From assembly GCA_024222475.1 (NCBI GenBank), contig JAAEPA010000698.1, positions 1 to 46,518 of the forward strand: a stretch of 46,518 nucleotides of DNA. Reading direction: 5' to 3'. This document shows, in pieces, positions 1 through 8,553 of the stretch; positions within the stretch are counted from its first letter, which is position 1, and every line of letters begins with the position of its first letter. Under the pieces are notes generated by a model. It had not been told where the DNA came from. It searched no databases and saw only the letters and a program-made list of their open reading frames with translations. The DNA is from Gammaproteobacteria bacterium (GTDB lineage: Bacteria; Pseudomonadota; Gammaproteobacteria; JAAEPA01). Made by a program: the position numbers and the translations under genes.

Positions 1-121
1 CCATTTTGAGCCAGATTTTTTGATTAAATAAGGCGAATATTGGGCATATTTAACGAATTTAATCGGGAAATCTGGCCAATATGGCTTTTCCGCAGTAGAT
101 TCTCTATTCTCGGACAGCCCC
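1..121. repeat. D-family palindromic intergenic repeat, copy D1; left part cut off by the window edge
   Basis: nt 1-121 align by eye over about 120 nt with 40811-40932. The shared core is aatcgggaaatctgKccaa...ggcttttccgcagtagat at 61-100 versus 40871-40911. The right end ...ctcggacagcccc is followed by CTAG at 122-125. Confidence 0.75.
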
Positions 122-175
122 CTAGGTCAACCCCGAGCTAGTTTCTGTAAGATAGGGTGTATCGCTTGACGGTAT

Positions 176-706
176 TTACAACTTTATTGGTTCGATAACA
201 CCGTCAAAGTTTTGTTCATCGCAAAGATCGAGAAACTCCTCGCGCAGCTGGGTTATGTGCAGACTGGCTGGAATTTCGATGGTCATGCGAATGGATATCA
301 TCGGGGTGGCGGTATGCGCCGCCTTATAGGTGCTGGTATTCATCTCCTGGATATTGATACCATGAATGGCGAGAAAAGCCGCGAGATGGCTTACGATCCC
401 GGAATGGTCCAGTGACACCACGTCCACCGTGTAGGGTAATACCTGTTTCGGCGGCTCGCGCTGCAAGGTGCGCTTGGTGACAATGGTCAGGTGCAGCTGT
501 TTTTCAAGGTTGGCCAGTACAGACTCAAGCTTCGCCAGATTATTCCATCGCCCTGAGACCAGTTGGATGATAGCGAAGGTTCCACCAAGAATGGTCATGC
601 GGCTATCTTCGATATTGCAATCATATTCGAGAATGGCCCTGGAAAGCTTCTCAACGATTCCAGGCTGATCATCCCCTAAAGCGGAAATCACAAGAAAGTT
701 CGTCAT
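176..706 (-). CDS. gcvR: glycine cleavage system transcriptional repressor GcvR (two ACT-like halves)
   Basis: 176-aa ORF with two ACT-type segments (VISALGDDQPGIVEKLS and VVSLDHSGIVSHLAAFL). It is divergent from dapA, as in the enterobacterial gcvR/dapA/bamC locus. Confidence 0.8.
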   Translation of the reverse strand: MTNFLVISALGDDQPGIVEKLSRAILEYDCNIEDSRMTILGGTFAIIQLVSGRWNNLAKLESVLANLEKQLHLTIVTKRTLQREPPKQVLPYTVDVVSLDHSGIVSHLAAFLAIHGINIQEMNTSTYKAAHTATPMISIRMTIEIPASLHITQLREEFLDLCDEQNFDGVIEPIKL

Positions 707-886
707 TCAGTTAACATCTTTGGTGTAGTTAGGGAGTAGAGTAGCAGTAAAATCGATTTGAGCAAACTATAAATAGGGTTCCAAACAACTGGCGCATAGC
801 CCCAGCTACGTCACTGTTGCCACAACACCGAATACTGGCGACAAGGCAAATCAAGACAGATAAGCGTGTCAATAACATTCCTTTGC

Positions 887-915
887 TTGTCAATACTATG
901 CTGCAACAGTAATAT
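887..915 (+). promoter_or_regulatory. candidate sigma70 promoter of dapA (TTGTCA-N17-TAATAT)
   Basis: TTGTCA at 887-892, a 17-nt spacer and TAATAT at 910-915. This lies about 30 nt upstream of the dapA ATG, with a GGGAGAAG Shine-Dalgarno in between. Confidence 0.4.
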
Positions 916-944
916 GGCACCTGATTTTTTATCGGGAGAAGACT

Positions 945-1823
945 ATGTTTCGCGGTAGCATGGTAGCCCTGGTAACCCCTATGTCTATTGACGGGGCTAT
1001 CGATAACAAGGCGCTTTCAGAACTGATCGAATTCCACATCAGCAGTGGCACAGACGCGATCGTGCCGGTAGGCACCACGGGGGAGTCCGCCACCTTGGAC
1101 TACGACGAACACTGCGCAGTGATCCGCCGAGTAGTCGGTGAGGTGGCGGGACGTATTCCAGTTATTGCGGGTACAGGTGCCAATTCCACGCGTGAAGCAA
1201 TCGAATTGACCCGATGCGCCCTCACGGCCGGGGCCGATGCCTGCCTGTTAGTCACACCCTATTATAACAAGCCGACTCAAGAAGGGCTGTATCGACATTA
1301 CAAGGCGATTGCTGAAGCGGTGCCGTTGCCACAGATCTTATATAACGTACCGGGCCGCACGGCCTGCGATCTGTTGCCAGACACCGTCGAAAGGCTTTCG
1401 GGCCTTACTAATGTTGTGGGAATCAAGGAGGCCACGGGCGATGTGGCCAGGGTCCGGGAAATCGTCGAACGCTGTGGATCATCTCTAGACGTTTACAGCG
1501 GTGACGATGCGTTGGCCATGGAGATAATATTGCAGGGTGGCAAGGGAGTCATATCGGTAACAGCCAATGTTGCTCCAAGCTTGATGCATGAGATGTGTGC
1601 AGCGGCACTGCGGGGTGACCGGCAAGGAGCCGAGCAGATCAACCAGCGTTTAGAGGGCCTGCATCGGGACTTATTCCTGGAATCCAACCCGATTCCGGTA
1701 AAATGGGCAGTATCTGAAATGGGCAAGATTCCTCCGGGTATTCGGCTACCGTTGACACCCTTCTCAGGGCAGCATCACGCCCAGCTGCGAAACTCAATGC
1801 GCCAAGCCGGAGTCTTATCATAG
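945..1823 (+). CDS. dapA: 4-hydroxy-tetrahydrodipicolinate synthase
   Basis: 292-aa ORF with typical DapA motifs (GSMVALVTPM, VPVGTTGES, YNKPTQEGLY, LYNVPGRT, GIKEATGD). Confidence 0.95.
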   Translation: MFRGSMVALVTPMSIDGAIDNKALSELIEFHISSGTDAIVPVGTTGESATLDYDEHCAVIRRVVGEVAGRIPVIAGTGANSTREAIELTRCALTAGADACLLVTPYYNKPTQEGLYRHYKAIAEAVPLPQILYNVPGRTACDLLPDTVERLSGLTNVVGIKEATGDVARVREIVERCGSSLDVYSGDDALAMEIILQGGKGVISVTANVAPSLMHEMCAAALRGDRQGAEQINQRLEGLHRDLFLESNPIPVKWAVSEMGKIPPGIRLPLTPFSGQHHAQLRNSMRQAGVLS

Positions 1824-1982
1824 CCCGGATATTCCATAAATTACACGCGCCCTCGCTTGATCCTTATTTTCACAAGATTGTTGCTCACTCGGCCGTAATC
1901 GTGGATACGCCGCTTCTTCGCATAATCCCTTGTGAAAATAAATCTCTACGCGATCATCGCGTAAATTCATGAGATATCCGGG
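1824..1982. mobile_element. A-family MITE-like element, copy A1 (159 bp, long hairpin)
   Basis: Terminal inverted repeats cccggatattccataaattacacgcg and cgcgtaaattcatgagatatccggg. Inner 13-bp perfect stem ttattttcacaag/cttgtgaaaataa. Flanked by direct ATAG at 1820-1823 and 1983-1986. Roughly 85-90% identical by eye to 11628-11787. Confidence 0.85.
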
Positions 1983-1995
1983 ATAGAACCTAATT

Positions 1996-3174
1996 TTGAC
2001 GATGACGCATAAGCTTTTAAATTTCACCTTATCTCTAATCATGCTTTGTCTGGCATGCATACCGTTGGGTTGTTCTAATTTTGGTGGGTCGGATAATGAC
2101 TACTCCAAAAGCGCTAGCCTCCCCCCGCTGGAGGTACCTCCCGACCTGACCAAACCGGACTGGAATACACGAATGTCTATTCCAGATTCCGGTACGATCA
2201 GCGCCGTAGAGACATCTAGGCACCAGGCTCAGGACCAGGACCAGGACGGCCAAGAAACCACCCGCCCCGATGCAGAGAAAATCAAGGTCTTACCTAAAGC
2301 CGAAGGCATCGAAGTGCATCGAGAAGGCAATGTTCGCTGGTTAGAGGTCGCTGCAAGCACCGATGCCCTGTGGCCTCGATTGCGATCCTTCTGGAAACAG
2401 ACGGACATCGAACTAGAAAAAAATAACCCTCAAATCGGAATCATGGAAACGGTGTGGCACGAACAACCGGAGGCCTTACCCAAAGGGACTTTTGGCAAGA
2501 TATTAGGCGGCGCCTATTACGCCTTAGCGGATACGGGGATACGTGACAAGTATCGTATCAGAGTGGAACGTGTCTCAGCAGACATCACTAATGTCTATCT
2601 CACCCTGAGGCGAGCTGAACAGGTCGGCGACATCGCCGATGACCAGGCATTCGTGCGCTGGAAAGCGCAACCCCCGAGCCCCGAATTAGAAGCGGAAATG
2701 CTTGCCCGGCTAATGATCCATCTGGGTACTGACAAGAACGATGCAAGACCTCAGATCGCGACCGCACCAGCCCCTATACCGGTTGAGATAAACCTAGAAA
2801 TGGTTGACGGTGAGCCCATCTTGTTGGTAGCGGATGAATTGTCGCGGGTATGGAGACGAACCGGAGTCGCCCTGGACAGAGCAGGTCTATTTGTGGAGCA
2901 ACAGAATCAATCAGAAGGCATTTATTACATTATCTACACCGCCGCCGAAGGTGAAAAAACAAAAGGATTTTTCAGTCGCATTTTCAGTAGCGACAAAGGA
3001 CTTGAGGTTAATGAACTCTACCAGGTCCACCTCCGGGCCCAGGACGAGACGGTCCTGATAACGGCCCATGGCAATGGTGAAGACGATGCCCCGGCCAAGC
3101 TGGACCCAGAAGCCGCAGAAATACTTCTTAACCGTCTAAATAAAGCCTATCAGATCGGTAAGAGCAGCGTTTGA
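1996..3174 (+). CDS. bamC: outer membrane protein assembly factor BamC (NlpB) lipoprotein
   Basis: 392-aa ORF directly downstream of dapA, which is conserved synteny. It has an N-terminal signal with lipobox-like LAC/LGC cysteines. The ATG at 2002 is a likelier start than the TTG at 1996. Confidence 0.7.
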   Translation: MTMTHKLLNFTLSLIMLCLACIPLGCSNFGGSDNDYSKSASLPPLEVPPDLTKPDWNTRMSIPDSGTISAVETSRHQAQDQDQDGQETTRPDAEKIKVLPKAEGIEVHREGNVRWLEVAASTDALWPRLRSFWKQTDIELEKNNPQIGIMETVWHEQPEALPKGTFGKILGGAYYALADTGIRDKYRIRVERVSADITNVYLTLRRAEQVGDIADDQAFVRWKAQPPSPELEAEMLARLMIHLGTDKNDARPQIATAPAPIPVEINLEMVDGEPILLVADELSRVWRRTGVALDRAGLFVEQQNQSEGIYYIIYTAAEGEKTKGFFSRIFSSDKGLEVNELYQVHLRAQDETVLITAHGNGEDDAPAKLDPEAAEILLNRLNKAYQIGKSSV

Positions 3175-3189
3175 GACAAATCTTATAGC

Positions 3190-3256
3190 TTAAGGAATGC
3201 GAATTAACCCGGCTATTTCATGAATTGCACACGCCCTCGCTTGATCCTTATTTACA
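3190..3256. repeat. chimeric repeat fragment: B-family terminus (TTAA ggaatgcgaat) abutting the left half of an A-family element
   Basis: 3194-3204 ggaatgcgaat matches the B termini at 4043 and 22411. 3208-3256 cccggctatttcatgaattgcacacgccctcgcttgatccttatttaca matches the left half of A1 and A2. The right halves of both elements are missing. Confidence 0.6.
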
Positions 3257-3460
3257 GCTGCTTTGCACACAATGCCCGAGGAGCAGACCATCGACAATGA
3301 GCTCTCCGGGAAAGGGCTGCCTGAATAGAGCATAGATCAAGCATGTCGTAAATATCTTAGTAGCAACGCTAGATAAAACCTCGGTAAGAAACGAAGTCAG
3401 CCGGTTGAGAACCAGCTTTGAACTACTGTGCTCCGAAGGTAAAGTCACCCGTGAAATTAA

Positions 3461-3626
3461 CGATTACCCGACCAAGACCTTGCGAATTTGCAGAAACGTT
3501 ACCGCAATATTCTAACCCAAGCAGATAAAGAACTCCCGCCTATCCCGCCGTAGTTACGTTTTCTATGGCTTTTCAGTACCACTCAGTCAGGCCTTACCCT
3601 CGCTACGGTCGCCATTCTCGAACAGC
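3461..3626. mobile_element. C-family MITE-like element, copy C1 (about 166 bp, boundaries tentative)
   Basis: Right end ccctcgctacggtcgccattctcg (3597-3620) is identical to 19174-19197. The element is flanked by TTAA at 3457-3460 and 3627-3630. The left terminus cgattacccgac resembles the C2 left end only loosely. Confidence 0.5.
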
Positions 3627-3648
3627 TTAACCTCATACTAGAACCGGA

Positions 3649-3972
3649 TTATGATTTATGGTGTCCACTCACAAAGGCATGCAGAGGTTTAGTGTCTTCG
3701 AACTGTTGCATCTGTTCGGGGCTGGCTTGGTGCTGATGTTTAGCCTTCCAGTCGCTATAAGGCATACCGTAGACCACCTCGCATGCCTCCTCATAGCTGA
3801 GTCCGATGTTCCGCTCCTTGGCGGCCCCCAGGTACCACTTAGAGAGACAATTGCGGCAAAATCCTGCCAGATTCATCAGATCGATATTTTGCGCGTCGGT
3901 ACGCCGCTGCAGGTGTTCGACTAGCCCCCTGAATGCAGCAGCCTCGAGTTCAGTACGTTGCTTTTCGTCCAT
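3649..3972 (-). CDS. DUF1244 family protein
   Basis: 107-aa ORF with the characteristic NIDLMNLAGFCRNCLSKWY and GMPYSDWK segments. A strong AAGGAGG Shine-Dalgarno lies upstream of the ATG. Confidence 0.8.
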   Translation of the reverse strand: MDEKQRTELEAAAFRGLVEHLQRRTDAQNIDLMNLAGFCRNCLSKWYLGAAKERNIGLSYEEACEVVYGMPYSDWKAKHQHQASPEQMQQFEDTKPLHAFVSGHHKS

Positions 3973-4042
3973 TTCCCCTCCTTCAGACTTGACTCATTCC
4001 CAATACAATACCATGCTTGGCATTCTTGGATAGTAATGTTTG

Positions 4043-4198
4043 GAATGCTACCTAAATAACTTCCCTATCTGACTTGCCTTATCGCACGTATTCGGCGTTA
4101 CGACAACACTTACATAGCTAGGGCTATGCGCCTGTTGTCGTGCCTTGAATACAAACGATTATGCGGCGCCAGCTAGGGAAGTTATTTCATTCGCATTC
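4043..4198. repeat. B-family palindromic element, copy B1 (about 156 bp)
   Basis: Terminal inverted repeats gaatgctacctaaataacttccctatctg and cagctagggaagttatttcattcgcattc. Inner stems gttacgacaaca/tgttgtcgtg and a central palindrome catagctagggctatg. No clean target duplication is visible. Confidence 0.75.
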
Positions 4199-4271
4199 CT
4201 TACCCAGCTCAATATCATCTCATACGGCCCGGATCCGATTCCATGGTTATCGATTTCTCCGAACTGAGAAG

Positions 4272-5351
4272 GTGAGTAATTTCTTCTCTGAAGCTTATTT
4301 CCCGGCTCGTGAACGTTTTCTTGAGGCCGCCGTGGCCTGCAATGCCAGAGTGGATCACCTGGCATTGCAGGCTCGCGGCCCAGAGGGCCAATCACTGAGC
4401 ATCGACATCGCTTGGCGGGGCTCGATCAGGCCACGCCAGGTAATCGTACACCAAAGCGGACTGCATGGCGTAGAAGGCTTTGCCGGTTCCGCCATTCAGC
4501 TGAGCTTACTTACTGAACCTCCGGCGATAGACCAGGACACGGCTCTGGTACTGGTGCATATCATCAATCCCTTCGGGATGGCCTGGTTGCGAAGAGTAAA
4601 TGAACGCAACGTAGACCTGAACCGCAACTGTCTGAACGACGGGGAAACATGGCAGGGCACACCGCAGGGATATCGAATGCTTGATCGCTTGCTCAATCCC
4701 CCTACTCCACCCGGATTCGATTTTTTTGATCTGCGTGCAGTATCGAGCATCTTACGTCACGGCTTTAGCGCCCTCAAACAGGCCGTGGTCGCGGGTCAGT
4801 TTGACTACCCTCAGGGCTTGTTCTATGGCGGGGCCAGGTTGCAGCAGGGTCCGTCCCTTTACCAGGCGTGGCTTTCAGAGCACTTGGGGACAGTGCGCCG
4901 GATCCTCGTCATCGATGTGCATACCGGGCTGGGGCGATGGGCTCAGGAGACCCTGTTTCTTCAGGGCTCATCTTCAGCAGCGGATGATCAATGGCTAAGC
5001 CAGCTGCTGGGTCGATCCTTGGTAAGGGTACAGCAGGACCCCACGCTTGGGTATGAGATCCGTGGAGGGATGAGCAATCTGTTTAGCAATTTATTCAAGC
5101 ATGCCCATGGCATATACATCACTCAGGAATTCGGCACCTACCCCGCACTCAAGGTGATTCATGCCTTGCGTGAGGAAAACCGCTGGCATTTTTTTGGTCA
5201 AGGCCATCCGCAGCACCCCATCAAGCAAAAATTAAAACGAACGATGTGTCCGGATTCCGAAAACTGGCGTAGACTCATTCTCAACCAGGGAATTACGCTC
5301 GTCAAGAAAGCGATAAAACTTCCACCTATTAAAGATAGACAGACCGAGTAA
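4272..5351 (+). CDS. DUF2817 (M14 carboxypeptidase-like) family protein
   Basis: The ORF is open from 4161, but the ATG at 4161 lies inside repeat B1. The in-frame GTG at 4272 gives an N-terminus SNFFSEAYFPARERFLEAA typical of this family. The GLHGVEGFAGSAIQ motif is present. Confidence 0.75.
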   Translation: MSNFFSEAYFPARERFLEAAVACNARVDHLALQARGPEGQSLSIDIAWRGSIRPRQVIVHQSGLHGVEGFAGSAIQLSLLTEPPAIDQDTALVLVHIINPFGMAWLRRVNERNVDLNRNCLNDGETWQGTPQGYRMLDRLLNPPTPPGFDFFDLRAVSSILRHGFSALKQAVVAGQFDYPQGLFYGGARLQQGPSLYQAWLSEHLGTVRRILVIDVHTGLGRWAQETLFLQGSSSAADDQWLSQLLGRSLVRVQQDPTLGYEIRGGMSNLFSNLFKHAHGIYITQEFGTYPALKVIHALREENRWHFFGQGHPQHPIKQKLKRTMCPDSENWRRLILNQGITLVKKAIKLPPIKDRQTE

Positions 5352-5358
5352 CAATTCA

Positions 5359-6432
5359 ATGAACAAAAAATCGACTCAATCCAGCGCAGAACTAAGCAAA
5401 GAATTACTGGAATTCCGTTCAACCTTCCGCTCGGTACTACTATCCACCGTAAGTCAGGAGAGTATACCTGAGGTTAGTTACGCCCCTTGTGTCACCGACA
5501 AATTAGGCAATATCTATATCTATGTCAGCGGACTTTCGCGTCATACCCATAACCTACGAAATACCGGACGCGTTAGTCTGTTATTTATCGAGGATGAACA
5601 ACCGGTTCGAAATATTTTCGCCAGAAAACGTCTGAGCTATTCCTGTGAAACGAAGACCCTATCTCATGACAGCGCTGACTGGCGTCGAATCCTGGATCAT
5701 TTTAAAGAACGCTTTGGAAAATTCATTGACACCCTGCGGCTGCTACCCGACTTTCAACTGTTCCAACTGACCCCAATCTCCGGCAACTATATACGTGGTT
5801 TTGGACAGGCCTACAGCTTTAAAGGTGCCGGGCTTAACGAAATTCGACATATAAAATCCGCCAGCGATCAAAAACAGCCTCCTGACATCGCCACACCGCG
5901 GGAGATCCTGAAATTTTGGTTCTCAGAGCGAGTTCAGCCCTTATGGTTCAAGTCCACCGCAAGCTTCGATACTGAATTGAGGACCCGCTTCATGTCGACA
6001 TGGCAATTCGCCGCGGCAAACCATTTATCTAAATGGGAGTCATCGCCACAAGAGGCATTAGCCTTGGTCATCGTGTTGGATCAGTTTCCGCTGAACATAT
6101 TTCGGGGCAGACCTGAAAGTTTTTCCACCGAGTCCGAGGCAAAGCGAACAGCGCATGCAGCCCTTGAAAAAGGCTTCGACCGGAAACTCAATGACACTCA
6201 AAAGGTCTTTCTCTACATACCATTCATGCATAGTGAAGATAAGGCCGATCAAGATCGTTCAGTGCAACTCTTCGAGGCCACAGGGCTCGACAACCATCTC
6301 AAATGGGCTCGCCACCACCGCGATATCGTCAACCGCTTTGGCCGCTTTCCTCATAGAAATGCATCATTGGGCCGGGAAAACACCGCTGAGGAGACTGAGT
6401 ACTTAGACTCCGGGAAGGCGTACCAAGGCTGA
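5359..6432 (+). CDS. fusion protein: HutZ/HugZ-like pyridoxamine-5'-phosphate-oxidase-fold domain plus DUF924 domain
   Basis: Single uninterrupted 357-aa ORF. The N-terminal half has HutZ-like segments (SYAPCV, HTHNLRNTGRVSLLFIEDE, FARKRLSY, GFGQAY). The C-terminal half is DUF924-like (ILKFWF, LVIVLDQFPLNIFRG, HRDIVNRFGRFPHRN). Confidence 0.75.
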   Translation: MNKKSTQSSAELSKELLEFRSTFRSVLLSTVSQESIPEVSYAPCVTDKLGNIYIYVSGLSRHTHNLRNTGRVSLLFIEDEQPVRNIFARKRLSYSCETKTLSHDSADWRRILDHFKERFGKFIDTLRLLPDFQLFQLTPISGNYIRGFGQAYSFKGAGLNEIRHIKSASDQKQPPDIATPREILKFWFSERVQPLWFKSTASFDTELRTRFMSTWQFAAANHLSKWESSPQEALALVIVLDQFPLNIFRGRPESFSTESEAKRTAHAALEKGFDRKLNDTQKVFLYIPFMHSEDKADQDRSVQLFEATGLDNHLKWARHHRDIVNRFGRFPHRNASLGRENTAEETEYLDSGKAYQG

Positions 6433-6512
6433 TGTATCCCCGTCCCCTATAGGATATCGGGGCACTCTGCATTTCCGAACACACATTTGTGCAGAGCAGA
6501 AAGGCCCGACAG

Positions 6513-6716
6513 CTAAACCGGCCCAACATAGCTGTAACCAGCCTGTTCAACGGCCTTGCGCACTACATTGTCTTCATCAATACCCGTAACGCTCACCCGC
6601 TTTGCTTGCAGGTCCACTTGTACCGTAGCTCCGGGGACCGCTTCCTCAATGGCATTCGTCACCGAACGGACACAACCGTCACAAGCCATGCCTTCAACGA
6701 TATAGGTCTTATTCAT
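6513..6716 (-). CDS. heavy-metal-associated (HMA) domain metallochaperone-like protein
   Basis: 67-aa ORF with a GMACDGC metal-binding motif near the N-terminus and a ferredoxin-like HMA length. Confidence 0.85.
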   Translation of the reverse strand: MNKTYIVEGMACDGCVRSVTNAIEEAVPGATVQVDLQAKRVSVTGIDEDNVVRKAVEQAGYSYVGPV

Positions 6717-6744
6717 CTTTATTCGCCTTTCTTGAGATTCGACA

Positions 6745-8004
6745 TTAGGACTTTTTCCAATTCAAGGGAGCTCGACATTTTTTCATATGATGAGAAAAAA
6801 TAACCGCTAACAATATGAGATATACCGCCGTTCCATTACCCTTGATGAAAGGAACCTCGGACAAGGAATAAACGAAAAATGTACTCAACAACATTATACC
6901 GGGAAGCGCGGTATCTGCGGACTTACGATAATCGCTGAAAAAGATAATCATCGGATATAAAAACATCATTGCAAATGCAAGCCCTCCAATCAGCCCCTTC
7001 GACACAAGGACTTCAAGATAGGCATTGTGAGGGTGGGAATGCACCAGCAGCGGGTCCTTTTTCTGATCTTCGGTCATATAGTCTCTGACGGTATCTTCAA
7101 AATTACCACGCCCTATCCCTAGCATAGGATAATCTCTAATGATCGACAAGCTATGCGTCCATAACTCTAGGCGTATAGAGGCACTACGCTTTTCATGTGC
7201 AATGTCCGAGAAGTCATCGAGCACGAAGTAGTATTTAACGTCATCTATTGCCCGATCAACCTGGTATTTTACGGTAGTAGAAAAGCCATACAGACTGATA
7301 GAAACGATCGTCATCAACCCAATAAACATGATGAAGATGCGGATCTTAAACCGAAGGTACCCCCATAGCAGGGCAGCTGAAAATGCCATGATATAACTGC
7401 CGCGGGCACCGGAGAGAATCGCGCTGATCAGGCCAAGACAAAATGCCGGGATAAAAACCCATTGCAGTCTTTTTTCCAGGCCATACATTGAACCCAGCGC
7501 TACGAACGCCGTGACCACGGCAATTGACCCATAGTAATGATTAATATAGGGACCGTGTATCTTATAGGACTGTTTTTCTATACCGACAACGAGCAACTCA
7601 TACATAGCGTAACCGAAAATACAAGCCGCCCCCGCCGCCATACCGCAAGACAACCATAAATGGGGTTTTTCCAGCTCCCGTACCAGCAGATAAATAGGTA
7701 TAAAAAGCAAATAGCGAATCTCTACTTCCAGGCTGTTGATGGTGAATGGATGAGTAAAGGAAGGGAGAAAATAGGCCAGAAAGAACAATGCCATACCACC
7801 TAAGACGATCTTTTCTTCTCGTTGAAGGGGAGTAGACTCGGTACCATGCCGTCGAATAAGTGCAACTATCGATATCAGGCTAATAAGAATAAAAAACGTA
7901 CTGAACCAATGACGAGCAAAGGCGCCCATCAGCGGGAAAAGAAACAACAATATATAAATAAGGGGGTACCGCCCGGGCACATCCTTTATTAAAGTTAGTA
8001 TCAT
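6745..8004 (-). CDS. O-antigen ligase (Wzy_C/WaaL-like) family polytopic membrane protein
   Basis: 419-aa ORF with many hydrophobic segments and the typical HSHPHNAYLEVLVSKGLIGG loop region. Its GC content is visibly lower than that of neighbouring genes. Confidence 0.75.
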   Translation of the reverse strand: MILTLIKDVPGRYPLIYILLFLFPLMGAFARHWFSTFFILISLISIVALIRRHGTESTPLQREEKIVLGGMALFFLAYFLPSFTHPFTINSLEVEIRYLLFIPIYLLVRELEKPHLWLSCGMAAGAACIFGYAMYELLVVGIEKQSYKIHGPYINHYYGSIAVVTAFVALGSMYGLEKRLQWVFIPAFCLGLISAILSGARGSYIMAFSAALLWGYLRFKIRIFIMFIGLMTIVSISLYGFSTTVKYQVDRAIDDVKYYFVLDDFSDIAHEKRSASIRLELWTHSLSIIRDYPMLGIGRGNFEDTVRDYMTEDQKKDPLLVHSHPHNAYLEVLVSKGLIGGLAFAMMFLYPMIIFFSDYRKSADTALPGIMLLSTFFVYSLSEVPFIKGNGTAVYLILLAVIFSHHMKKCRAPLNWKKS

Positions 8005-8034
8005 TCTATTTTTGAATGCCCTAAAACCAGTTAC

Positions 8035-8553
8035 ATGAGTCGAAGCATGATCTTGAGAAAAAAATTCATTACGGTTTTATTGTTTGGACTATTGTTACTG
8101 AACGGCGTCGATTCTGCGGCCTTTGCAGCCGATATATGCGGTAGCTATGTGCCAACCACCGGTCCTCACAATACCGAGCTTCGGCGTTTTGCAAACAACT
8201 TGAAGCTCAACTACGTAGATGCCTTCGTCAACATCGTAAATCACATCGAGCACTATGGGCATCTACCCAGCTGCTATCTCTCTAAGCAAAAGGCCCGAAA
8301 GCAAGGCTGGTCACCGGGGAAATCCCTTTGGAAGATCAGGCCTGGACATGCTATCGGAGGAAACAGATTTGGGAATCGAGAGCAAAGGCTGCCCCAGCGA
8401 TATAATCGCCACTATACCGAGGCCGATCTAGACTACGACGGCCATAAACGCGGGGCAAGACGACTGGTGTTCGTGCGCAACAGACCGAATCAGGGCCTGA
8501 TCTGGGTTACCACAGACCATTATAAATCCTTTCACCGAATCCCAAAACCATGA
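8035..8553 (+). CDS. secreted barnase-family ribonuclease
   Basis: 172-aa ORF with a signal peptide (LLLLNGVDSAAFA/AD). The C-terminal segment VWVTTDHYKSFHRIP closely matches the barnase TTDHYQTFTKIR end. Confidence 0.85.
   Translation: MSRSMILRKKFITVLLFGLLLLNGVDSAAFAADICGSYVPTTGPHNTELRRFANNLKLNYVDAFVNIVNHIEHYGHLPSCYLSKQKARKQGWSPGKSLWKIRPGHAIGGNRFGNREQRLPQRYNRHYTEADLDYDGHKRGARRLVFVRNRPNQGLIWVTTDHYKSFHRIPKP

Noticed and set aside
3248-3448. A 66-aa minus-strand ORF between bamC and the DUF1244 gene
   Set aside because: It has no Shine-Dalgarno, its composition is not protein-like, and it lies between repeat fragments. I treat it as non-coding debris.
4161-4271. ATG 4161 as the start of the DUF2817 gene
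   Set aside because: The codon lies inside the palindromic B1 repeat, and the encoded 37 residues (MRRQLGKLFHSHSLPSS...) have no family resemblance. The GTG at 4272 restores the family-typical N-terminus. It is kept as an alternative only.
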